Below, piece after piece: positions 50,801 through 62,700 of a DNA stretch of 64,000 nucleotides. Numbering within the stretch: position 1 is the stretch's first letter; each line of letters starts with the position of its first letter. The stretch lies in contig OZ024741.1 of NCBI GenBank assembly GCA_964016885.1, forward strand, positions 7,812,001 to 7,876,000. Direction: 5' to 3'. A program made the translations under genes and the position numbers. This DNA is from Eledone cirrhosa. Lineage: Eukaryota. The notes beneath the pieces were generated by a model that was not told where the DNA came from, made no database searches, and was given only the letters and a program-made list of their open reading frames with translations.

Positions 50801-53800
50801 GACAGTTGTAAAGTTCTAGTGTTACCCTAGACAGTTGTAAAGTTCCAGTGTTTCCCTAGACAGTGGTAAAGTTCCAGTGTTACACTAGAGAATTGTAAAG
50901 TTCCAGTGTTACCCTAGACAGTGGTAAAGTTCCAGTGTTTCCCTAGACAGTGGTAAAGTTCCAGTGTTACACTAGAGAGTTGTAAAGTTCCAGTGTTACC
51001 CTATACAGTGGTTAAGTTCCAGTGTTACCCTAGACAGTGGTAAAGTTCCAGTGTTACCCTAGACAGTTGTAAAGTTCCAGTATTACCCTAGACAGTTGTG
51101 AAGTTCCAGTGTTACCCTTGACAGTTGTAAAGTTCCAATTTTACCCTAGTCAGTGGTAATGTTCCAGTGTTACCCTAAACAGTTGTAAAGTTCCAGTGTT
51201 ACCCTAGACAGTGGTAAAGTTCCAGTGTTACCCTAGACTAGACAGTTGTAAAGCACCAGTGTTATCCTAGACTATACAGTTGTAAAGCTCCAGTGTTACT
51301 CTAGACAGTGGTAAAGTTCCAGTGTTACCCTAGACAGTGGGGATGTTCCAGTGTTACCCTAGACAGTGGTAAAGTTCCAGTGTTACCCTAGACAGTGGTA
51401 AAGTTCCAGAGTTACCCTAGACTTGACAGTTGTAAAGCTCCAGTTTTACTCTAGTCTATACAGTTGTAAAGCTCCAGTTTTACCTAGACAGTGGTAAAGT
51501 TCCAGTGTTACCTTATATAGTGGTAAAGTTCCAGTGTTACCCTAGACAGTGGTAAAGTTCCAGTGTTTCCCTAGACAGTGGTAAAGTTCCAGTGTTACCC
51601 TAGACAGTTGTAAAGTTCCAGTGTTTCCCTAGACAGTGGTAAAGTTCCAGTGTTACCCTAATCAGTGGTAAAATTCCAGTGTTACACTAGAGAGTTGTAA
51701 AGTTCCAGTGTTACCCTAGAGAGGGGTAAAGTTCCCGTGTTACCCTAGACAGTGGTAAAGTTCCAGTGATACCCTAGACAGTTGTAAAGTTCCAGTGTTA
51801 CCCTAAATAGTTCTAAAGTTCCAGTGTTACCCTACACAGTGGTAAAGTTCCAGTGTTGCCCTAGACAGTGGTAAAGTTCCAGTGTTACACTAGAGAGTTG
51901 TAAAGTTCCAATGTTACCCTAGAGAGGGGTAAAGTTCCTGTGTTACCCTAGACAGTGGTAAAGTTCCAGTGATACCCTAGACAGTTGTAAAGTTCCAGTG
52001 TTAGCCTAAATAGTTCTAAAGTTCCAGTGTTACCCTAGACAGTGGTAAAGTTCCAGTGATACCCTAGACAGTTGTAAAGTTCCAGTGTTAGCCTAAATAG
52101 TTCTAAAGTTCCAGTGTTAACCTAGACAGTGTTAAAGTTCCAGTGTTACCCTAGACAGTGGTAAAGTTCCAGTGTTACCCTAGACAGTGGTAAAGTTCCA
52201 GTGATACCCTAGACAGTTGTAAAGTTCCAGTGTTAGCCTAAATAGTTCTAAAGTTCCAGTGTTACCCTAGACAGTGTTAAAGTTCCAGTGTTACCCTAGA
52301 CAGTGGTAAAGTTCCAGTGTTAACCTAGACAGTTATAAATTTCCAGTGTTTCCCTAGACAGTGGTAAAGTTCCAGTGTTACCCTAGACAGTTGTAAAGTT
52401 CCAGTGTTACCCTAGACAGTTGTAAAGTTCCAGTGTTACCCTAGACAGTTGTAAAGTTCCAGTGTTACTCTTGACTAGAGAGTTGTAAAGTTCCAGTGTT
52501 ACCCGTGACAGTGGTAATGTTCCAGTGTTATCCTAGACAGTTGTAAAGTTCCAGTGTTACCCTAGACAGTGGTAATGTTCCAGTGTTACCCTAGACAGTC
52601 GTAAACTTCCAGTGTTTCCCTAGACAGTGGTAAAGTTCCAGTGTTACCCTAGACAGTTGTAAAGTTCCAGTGTTACCCTAGACAGTGGTAAAGTTCCAGT
52701 GTTACCCTAGACAGTTGTAAAGTTCCAGTGTTACCCTAGACAGTGTTAAAGTTCCAGTGTTTCCCTAGACAGTGGTAAAGTTCCAGTGTTACCCTAGACA
52801 GTTGTAAAGTTCCAGTGTTACCCTAGACAGTTGTAAAGTTCCAGTGTTACCCTAGACAGTTGTAAAGTTCCAGTGTTTCCGTAGACAGTGGTAAAGTTCC
52901 AGTGTTACCCTAGACAGTTGTAAAGTTCAGGTGTTACCATAGACAGTTGTAAAGTTCCAGTGTTACCCTAGACAGTGGCAAAGTTCCAGTGTTACCCTAG
53001 ATAGTAGTAAAGTTCCAATGTTACCCTAGACAGTTGTAAAGTTCCAGTGTTACCCTAGACAGTGGTATATTCCAGTGTTACCCTAGACTAGACAGTTGTA
53101 AATTTCCAGTGTTACCCTAGACTATACAGTTGTAAACACCAGTGTTACTCTAGACAGTGGTAAAGTTCCAGTGTTACTCTAGACAGTGGTGAATTTCCAG
53201 TGTTACTCTAGACCGTGGTAAAGTTCCAGTGTTACCCTAGACAGTGGTAAAGTTCCAGTGTTTCCCTAGACAGTGGTAAAGTTCCAGTGTTACCCTAGAC
53301 AGTTGTAAAATTCCAGTGTTTCCCTAGACAGTGGTAAAGTTCCAGTGTTACCCTAATCAGTGGTAAAATTCCAGTGTTACACTAGAGAGTTGTAAAGTTC
53401 CAGTGTTACCCTAGAGAGGGGTAAAGTTCCCGTTTTACCCTAGACAGTGGTAAAGTTCCAGTGATACCCTAGACAGTTGTAAAGTTCCAGGGTTACCCTA
53501 AATAGTTCTAAAGTTCCAGTGTTACCCTACACAGTGGTAAAGTTCCAGTGTTACACTAGAGAGTTGTAAAGTTCCAATGTTACCCTAGAGAGGGGTAAAG
53601 TTCCAGTGTTACCCTGACAGTGGTAAAGTTCCAGTGATACCCTAGACAGTTGTAAAGTTCCAGTGTTAGCCTAAATAGTTCTGAAGTTCCAGTGTTACCC
53701 TAGACAGTGGTAAAGTTCCAGTGATACCCTAGACAGTTGTAAAGTTCCAGTGTTAGCCTAAATAGTTCTGAAGTTCCAGTGTTACCCTAGACAGTGGTAA

Positions 53801-56800
53801 AGTTCCAGTGTTAACCTAGACAGTGGTAAAGTTCCAGTGTTACCCTAGACAGTTGTAAAGTTCCAGTGTTAGCCTAAATAGATCTAAAGTTCCAGTGTTA
53901 CCCTAGACAGTGTTAAAGTTCCAGTGTTACTCTAGACAGTGGTAAAGTTCCAGTGTTAACCTAGACAGTTGTAAAGTTCCAGTGTTACCCTAGACAGTGG
54001 TAATGTTCCAGTGTTACCCTAGACAGTCGTAAACTTCCAGTGTTAACCTAGACAGTTGTAAAATTCCAGTGTTACCCTAGACTATTGTAAAGTTCCAGCG
54101 TTTCCCTAGTCAGTTGTAAAGTTCCAGTGTTACCCGAGACAGTTGTAAAGTTCCAGTGTTACCCGAGACGGTTGTAAAGTTCCAGTGTTGCCCTAGACAG
54201 TAGTAAAGTTACAATGTTACCCTAGACAGTTGTAAAGTTCCAGTGTTACCCTTGACTAGAGAGTTGTAATGTTCCAGTTTTACCCGTGACTAGACAGTTG
54301 TAAAGTTCCAGTTTTACCCTATACAGTTGTAAAATTCCAGTGTTACCCTAGACTAGACAGTGGTAAATTTCCAGTGTTACCCTAGACTAGACACTGGTAA
54401 AGTTCCAATGTTACCCTAGACAGTGGTAAAGTTACAGTGTTACCCTAGACAGTGGTAAAGTTCAAGTGTTACCCTAGACTAGACACTGGTAAAGTTCCAA
54501 TGTTACCCTAGACAGTGGTAAAGTTCCAGTGTTATCCTAGACAGTTGCGAAGTTCCAGTGTTACCCTAGACAGTCGTAAAGTTCCAATTTTACCCTAGAC
54601 AGTGGTAACGTTCCAGTGTTACCCTAAACAGTTGTAAAGTACCAGTGTTACCCTAGACAGTGGTAAAGTTCCAGTGTTACCCTAGACTAGACAGTTGTAA
54701 AGCTCCAGTGTTACCCTAGACTATACAGTTGTAAAGCTCCAGTGTTATCCTAGACAGTGGTAAAGTTCCAGTGTTACCCTAGACTGTGGTGAAGTTCCAG
54801 TGTTTCCCTAGACAGTGGTAAAGTTCCAGTGTTACCCTAGACTAGACAGTTGTAAAACTCCAGTGTTACCCTTAGAAGTTGTGAAGTTCAAGTGTTACGC
54901 TCGACAGTTGTGAAGTTCCAGTGTTACCCTTGATTAGACTGTTGTAAAGCTCCAGTGTTACCCTAGACTATACAGTTGTAAAGCTCCAGTGTTACCCTAG
55001 ACCGATGTAAAGTTCCAGTGTTGCCATAGACAGTGGTGAAGTTCCAGTGTTACCCTAGACAGTGGTAAAGTTCCAGTGTTTCCCTAGACAGTGGTAAGTT
55101 CCAGTGTTACCCTAGACAGATGTAAAGTTCCAGTGTTACCCTAGACAGTTGTAAAGTTCCAGTGTTTCACTAGACAGTGGTAAAGTTCCTGTGTTACACT
55201 AGAGAGTTGTAAAGTTCCAGTGTTACCCTAGACAGTGGTAAAGTTCTAGTGTTACCCTAGACAGTGGTAAAGTCCTAGTGATACCCTAGTCAGTTGTAAG
55301 TTCCAGTGTTACCTTAAATATTTCTAAAGTTCCAGTGTTACCCTAGACAGTGGTTAAGTTCCAGTGTTACCCTAGACAGTGTTGAAGTTCCAGTGTTAAC
55401 CTAGACAGTTGTAAAGTTCCAGTGTTACCTTAGACAGTGGTAAAGTTCCAGTGTTACACTAGACAGTGGTAAAGTTCCAGTGTTACCCTAGACAGTTGTA
55501 AAGTTCCAGTGTTACCCTAGACAGTTGTAAAGTTCCAGCGTTACCCTAAATAGTTCTAAAGTTCCAGTGTTACCCTAGACGGTGGTAAAGTTCCAGTGTT
55601 ACCCTAGACAGTGGTAAAGTTCCAGTGTTACCCTAGACAATGGTACAGTTCCAGTGTTACCCTAGACAGTGGTAAAGTTCCAGTGTTACCCTAGACCGAT
55701 GTAAAGTTCCAGTGTTGCCATAGACAGTGGTAAATTTCCAGTGTTACCCTAGACAGTTGTAAAGTTCCAGTGTTACCAGTGTTAACAGCTCCAGTGTTAC
55801 CCTAGACGGTGGTAAAGTTCCAGTGTTACCCTAGACAGTGGTAAAGTTCCAGTGTTACCCTAGACAATGGTACAGTTCCAGTGTTACCCTAGACAGTTGT
55901 AACGTTCCTGTTTTACCCTAGACAGTGGTAAAGTTCCAGTGTTACCCTAGACTAGACAGTTGTAAAGCTCCAGTGTTACCCTAGACTATACAGTTGTAAA
56001 GCTCCAGTGTTACCCTAGACTGTGGTAAAGTTCCAGTGTTTCCCTGGACAGTGGTAAAGTTCCAGTGTTACCCTAGACAGTTGTAAAATTCCAGTTTTAC
56101 TCTAGAAAGTGTTAATGTTCCAGTGTTACCCTAGACAGTGGTAAATTCCAGTGTTACTCTAGACAGTGGTGAATTTCCAGTGTTACCCTAGGCAGTGTTA
56201 AAGTTCCAGTGTTACCCGAGACAGTTGTAGATTTCCAGTGTTACCCTAGACAGTGGTAAAGTTCCAGTGTTACTCTAGACAGTGGTAAAGTTCCAGTGTT
56301 ACCCTAGACAATGGTACAGTTCCAGTGTTACCCTAGACAGTGGTAAAGTTCCAGTGTTGCCATAGACAGTGGTAAATTTCCAGTGTTACCCTAGACAGTT
56401 GTAAAGTTCCAGTGTTACCCTAGACAGTGGCAAAGTTCCAGTGTTACCCTAGACATGACAGTTGTAAAGTTCCAGTGTTACCCTAGTCTAGACAGTTGTA
56501 AAGCTCCAGTGTTACCCTAGACAGTTGTAAAATTCCAGTGTTACCCTAGACAGTGGTAAAGTTCCAGTGTTACCCTAGACAGTTGTAAAGTTCTAGTGTT
56601 ACCCTAGACAGTTGTGAAGTTCCAATGTTACCCTAGACAGTTGTAACGTTCCTGTTTTACCCTAGACAGTGGTAATGTTCCAGTGTTACCCTAGACTAGA
56701 CAGTTGTAAAGGTCCAGTGTTACCCTAGACTATACAGTTGTAAAGCACCAGTGTTACCCTAGACAGTGGTAAAGTTCCGGTGTTTCCCTAGACAGTGGTA

Positions 56801-59741
56801 AGGTTCCAGTGTTACCCTAGATAGTTGTAAAGTTCCAGTGTTACCATAGACAGTTGGAAAGTTCCAGTGTTACCCTAGACATTTGTAAAGTTCCAGTGTT
56901 ACCCTTGACTAGAGAGTGGTAAAGTTCCAGTGTTACCCGTGACCGTGGTAATGTTCCAGTGTTACCCTAAACAGTTGTAAAGTTCCAGTGTTACCCTAGA
57001 CAGTGGTAAAGTTCCAGTGTTACCCTAGACTAGACAGTTGTAAAGCTCCAGTGTTACCCTAGACTATACAGTTGTAAAGCTCCAGTGTTACCCTAGACTG
57101 TGGTAAAGTTCCAGTGTTTCCCTGGACAGTGGTAAAGTTCCAGTGTTACCCTAGACAGTTGTAAAATTCCAGTTTTACTCTAGAAAGTGTTAATGTTCCA
57201 GTGTTACCCTAGACAGTGGTAAATTCCAGTGTTACTCTAGACAGTGGTGAATTTCCAGTGTTACCCTAGGCAGTGTTAAAGTTCCAGTGTTACCCGAGAC
57301 AGTTGTAGATTTCCAGTGTTACCCTAGACAGTGGTAAAGTTCCAGTGTTACTCTAGACAGTGGCAAAGTTCCAGTGATACCCTAGACAGTGGTAAAGTTG
57401 CAGTGTTACCCTAGACAGTTGTAATGTTCCAGTGTTACCCTAGACAGTTGTAAAGTTCCAGTGTTACCCAAGACAGTTGTAAAGTTCCAGTTTTACCCTT
57501 GACTAGAGAGTTGTAAAGTTCCAGTGTTACCCGTGACTAGACAGTTGTAAAGTTCCAGTTGTACCCTATACAGTTGTAAAATTCCAGTGTTACCCTTGAC
57601 TAGACAGTGGTAAACTTCCAGTGTTACCCTAGACTAGACAGTGGTAAAGTTCCAATGTTACCCTAGACAGTGGTAAAGTTACAGTGTTACACTAGACAGT
57701 GGTAAAGTTCCAGTGTTACCCTAGACTAGACAGTTGTAATGCTCCAGCGTTACCCTTAGAAGTTGTAAAGTTCAAGTGTTACTCTAGACAGTTGTAAAGT
57801 TCCAATTTTACCCTAAAAAGTGGTAATGTTCCAGTGTTACCCTAGACAGTTGTAAAGTTCCAGTGTTACCCTAGACAGTGGTAAAGTTCCAGTGTTACCC
57901 TAGACTAGACAGTTGTAAAGCTCCAGTATTGCCCTAGACTATACAGTTGTAAAGCTCCAGTGTAACCCTAGACAGTGGTAAAGTTCCAGTGTTACCCTAG
58001 ACAGTGGTGAAGTTCCAGTTTTACCCTAGACAGTGGTAAAGTTCCAGTGTTTCCTTGACAGTGGTAAAGTTCCAGTGTTACTCTAGACAGTTGTAAAGTT
58101 CCAGTGTTTCCCTAGACAGTTGTAAAGCTCCAGTGTTACCCTAGACAGTGGTAAAGTTCCATTGTTACGCTAGATAGTTCTAAAATTATAGTGTTAGCCT
58201 AGACAGTGGTAAAGTTCCAGTGTTACCCTAGACAGTTGTAAAGTTCCAGTGTTACCCTAGACAGTTGTAAAGTTCCAGTGTTACCCTAGACAGTTGTAAA
58301 GTTCCAATTTTACCCTAGACAGTGGTAATGATCCAGTGTTACCCTAGACTATACAGTTGTAAAGCACCAGTGTTACCCTAGACAGTGGTAAAGTTCCAGC
58401 GTTACCCTAGACAGTGGTGAAGTTCCAGTGTTACCCTACACAGTTGTGAAGTTCCAGTATTACCCTAGACAGTTGTAAAGTTCCAGTTTTACCCTAGACA
58501 GTGGTAATGTTCCAGTGTTACCCTAGACTAGACAGTTGTAAAGCTCCAGTGTTACCCTAGACTATACAGTTGTAAAGCTCCAGTGTTACCCTAGACAGTG
58601 GTAAAGTTCCAGTGTACCCTAGACAGTGGTGAAGTTCCAGTGTTACCCTACACAGTGGTAAAGTTCCAGTGTTTCCCTAGACAGTGGTAAAGTTCCAGTG
58701 TTACCCTAGACAGTTGTAAAGTTCCAGTGTTTCCCTAGACAGTTGTAAAGTTCCAGTGTTACCCTAGACAGTGGTAAAGTTCCAGTGTTACCCCAGACAG
58801 TGGTAAAGTTCCAGTGTTAACCTAGACTACACAGTTGTAAAGCTCCAGTGTTACTCTAGACAGTGGTAAAGTTCCAGTGTTACCCTAGACACTGGTAAAG
58901 CTCCAGTGTTACTCTAGACAGTGGTAAAGTTCCAGTCATTACCCTAGATAGTTGTAAAGTTCCAGTGTTACCCTAGACTGTGGTAAATTTCCAGTGTTAC
59001 CCTAGACAGTTGTAAAGTTCAAGTGTTTCCCTAGACAGTTGTAAAGTTCCTGTGTTACCCTATACAGTGGTAAAGTTCCAGTGTTACCTTAGACAGTGGT
59101 AAAGTTCCAGTGTTTCCCTAGACAGTGGTAAAGTTCCAGTGTTACCCTAGTGAGTTGTAAATTTCCAGTGTTACCCTAGACAGTCGTAAAGTTCCAGTGT
59201 TACCCTAGACAGTTCTAAAGTTCCAGTGTTACCCTAGACAGTGGTAAATTTCCAGTGTTACCCTAGACAGTGGTAAAGTTCCAGTGTTACGCTAGACAGT
59301 GGTAAAGTCCCAGTGTTAGCCTAGACAGTTGTAAAGTTCCAGTGTTACCCTAGACAGTGGTAAAGTTCCAGTATTACCCTAGACTGTTGTAAAGTTCCAG
59401 TGTTACCCTAGACAGTTGAAAAGTACCAGTGTTGCCCTAGTCAGTGGTAAAGTTCCAGTGTTACCCTAGTCAGTGGTAAATTTCCAGTGTTACCCTAGAC
59501 AGTTCTAAAGTTCCAGTGTTACGCAAGATAATTGTAAAGTTCCAGTGTTACCCTAGACAGTGGTAAAGTTCCAGTGTTACCCGAGACAGCTCTGAAGTTC
59601 CAGTGTTACCCTAGACAGTTCTAAAGTTCCAGTGTTACCCTAGACAGTGGTAAAGTTCCAGTGTTACCTTAGATAGTTGTAAATTTCCAGTGTTGCCCTA
59701 GACAGTTGTAAAGTTCTAGTGTTACCCTAGACAGTTGTAAA
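41889..59741. repeat. ~8.9 kb (~300-monomer) near-identical tandem duplication (copy 1 ~41889-50817, copy 2 ~50818-59741)
   Basis: Offset is 8929 at TACACTAGAGAATTG (41952/50881), then a constant 8900 from ~43150 to the end (e.g. 44401/53301, 50641/59541, 50761/59661). Many rare variants are shared in the same order. Confidence 0.95.
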
Positions 59742-62700
59742 ATTCCAGTGTTACCCTAGACAGTCGTAAAGTTCCAGTGTTACCCTAGACAGTGGTAAAG
59801 TTCCAGTGTTACCCTAGACAGTGGTAAAGTTCCATTGTTAACCTAGACAGTTGTAAAGTTCCTGTGTTACCCTAGAACGTGGTAAAGTTCCAGTCTTACT
59901 CAAGTAGTGGTAAAGTTTCAGAGTTACCCTAGACAGTTGTAAAGTTACAGTGTAACCCTAGAAAGTGGTAATGTTCCAGTGTTACCCTAGACAGTTATAG
60001 AGTTCCAGTGTAGCCCTAGACAGTTGTAAAGTTCCAGTGTTACCCTAGACAGTGGTAAAGTTCCAGTGTTAACCTAGACAGTTGTAAAGTCCCAGTGTTA
60101 CCCTAGACAGTGGTAAAGTTCCAGTGTTACGCTAGACAGTGGTAAAGTTCCAGTATTACCCTAGACAGTTGTAAAGTTCCAGTGTTACCCTAGACAGTTG
60201 TAAAGTTCCAGTGTTGCCCTAGTCAGTGGTAAATTTCCAGTGTTACCCTAGACAGTGGTAAAGTTCCAGTGTTAACCTAGACAGTTGTAAAGTTCCTGTG
60301 TTACCCTAGAACGTGGTAAAGTTCCAGTATTACCCTAGACAGTTGTAAAGTGCCAGTGTTACCCTAGACAGTTGTAAAGTTACAGTGTTACCCTAGAAAG
60401 TGGTAATGTTCCAGTGTTACCCTAGACATTTCTAGAGTTCCAGTGTAACCCTAGAAAGTTGTAAAGTTCCAGTGTTACCCTAGACAGTTGTAAAATTCCA
60501 GTGTTACCCTAGACAGTTGTAAAGTCCCAGTGTTGCCCTAGTCAGTGGTAAAGGTCCAGTGTTACCCTAAACAGTTCTAAAGATCCAGTGTTACCCTAGA
60601 CAGTTGTAAAGTTCCAGTGTTACCCTAGACAGTGGTAAAGTTCCAGTGTTACCCTACCAGCTCTAAAGTTCCAGTGTTACACTAGACAGTTCTAAAGTTC
60701 CAGTGTTACCCTAGACATTGGTAAAGTTCCAGTGTTACCCTAGATAGTTGTAAATTTCCGGTGTTGCCCTAGACAGTGGTAAAGTTCCAGTGTTACCCTA
60801 GACCGTTGTATAGATCCAGTGTTACCCTAGACAGTGGTAAATTTCCAGTGTTACCCTAGACAGGTGTAAAGTTCCAGTGTTACACTAGACAGTGGTAAAT
60901 TCCAGTATTACCCTAGATAGTTGTAAAGTTCCAGAGTTACCCTAGACAGTTCTAAAGTTCCAGCGTTGCCATATACAGTGGTAAAGTTCCAGTGTTACCC
61001 TAGACAATGGTAAATTTCCAGTGTTACCCTAGACAGTGGTAAAGTTCCAGTGTTACCCTAGACTGTGGTAAAGTTCCAGTGTTACCCTAGACAGTTCTAA
61101 AGTTCCAGTGTTGCCATATACAGTGGTAAAGTTCCAGTGTTACCCTAGACAGTGGTAAATTTCCAGTGTTACACTAGACAGTGGTAAAGTTCCAGTGTTA
61201 CCCTAGACAATTGTAAAGTTCCAGTGTTATCCTCGACAGTTATAAAGTTCCAGTGTTACCCTAGACAGTTCTAAAGTTCAAGTGTTACTCTTGACAGTGG
61301 TAAAGTTCCAGCGTTACACTAGACAATTGTAAAGTTCCAGTGTTACCCTAGACAGTTATAAACTTCCAGTGCTACGCTAGACAATTGTAAAGTTCCAGTG
61401 TTACCCTAGACAGTTATAAAGTTCCAGTGTTACCCTAGACAGTTCTAAAGTTCAAGTGTTACTCTTGACAGTGGTAAAGTTCCAGTGTTACCATACCAGT
61501 GGTAAAGTTCCAGTGTTAACCTAGACAGTTCTAAAGTTCCAGTGTTACCCTAGACAGTGGTAAATTTCCAGTGTTACCCTAGACAGTGGTAAAGTTCCAG
61601 TGTTACCCTAGACAGTTCTAATGTTCCAGTGTTAGCCTAGACAGTTCTAAAGTTCCAGTGTTACCCTAGACAGTTCTAAAGTTCCAGTGTTACCCTAGAC
61701 AGTGGTAAAGTTCCAGTGTTACCCTAGACAGTGGTAAATTTGCAGTGTTACCCTAGAGAGTTGTAAATTTCCAGTGTTACCCTAGATAGTGGTAAAGTTG
61801 CAGTGTTACCCTAGACAGTTGTAAAGTTTCAGTGTTACCCTAGAACGTGGTAATGTTCCAGTGTTACCTTAGACAGTTCTAGATTTCCAGTGAACCCTAG
61901 ACAGTTGTAAAGTTCCAGTGTTACCCTAATCAGTGGTAAATGTTCCAGTGTTAACCTAGACAGTTGTAAAGTTCCAGTGTTACCCTAGACAGTCGTAAAG
62001 TTCCAGTGTTAACCTAGACAGTTGTAAAGTTCCAGTGTTACCCTAGACAGTCGTAAAGTTCCAGTGTTTCCCTAGACAGTTCTAAAGTTCAAGTCTTAAT
62101 CTTGACAGTGGTATAGTTCCAGTGTTAACCTAGACAGTCGTAAAGTTCGAGAGTTACCATAGACAGTGGTAAAGTTCCAGTGTTACCCTAGACAGTGGTA
62201 AAGTTCCAGTGTTACCCTAGACAGTGGTAAAGTTCCAGTGTTACGCTAGACAGTGGTAAAGTTCCAGTGTTACCCTAGACAGTTGTAAAGTTCCAGTGTT
62301 ACACTAGACAGTTCTAAAGTTCCAGTGTTACGCAAGATAATTGTAAATTTCCAGTGTTACCCTAGACAGTTGTAAAGTTCCAGTGTTACCCTAGACCGTC
62401 CTATAGTTCCAGTGTTACCCTAGACAGTCGTAAAGTTCCAGTGTTAACCTAGACAGTTGTAAAGTTCCAGTGTTACCCTAGACAGTCGTAAAGTTCCAGT
62501 GTTATCCTAGACAGTTCTAAAGTTCCAGTGTTACCATATACAGTGGTAAAGTTCCAGTGTTACCCTAGACAGTGGTAAAGTTCCAGTGTTACCCTAGACA
62601 GTGGTAAAGTTCCAGTGTTACGCTAGACAGTGGTAAAGTTCCAGTGTTACCCTGGACAGTCGTAAAGTTCCAGTGTTACCCTAGACAGTGGTAAAGTTCC

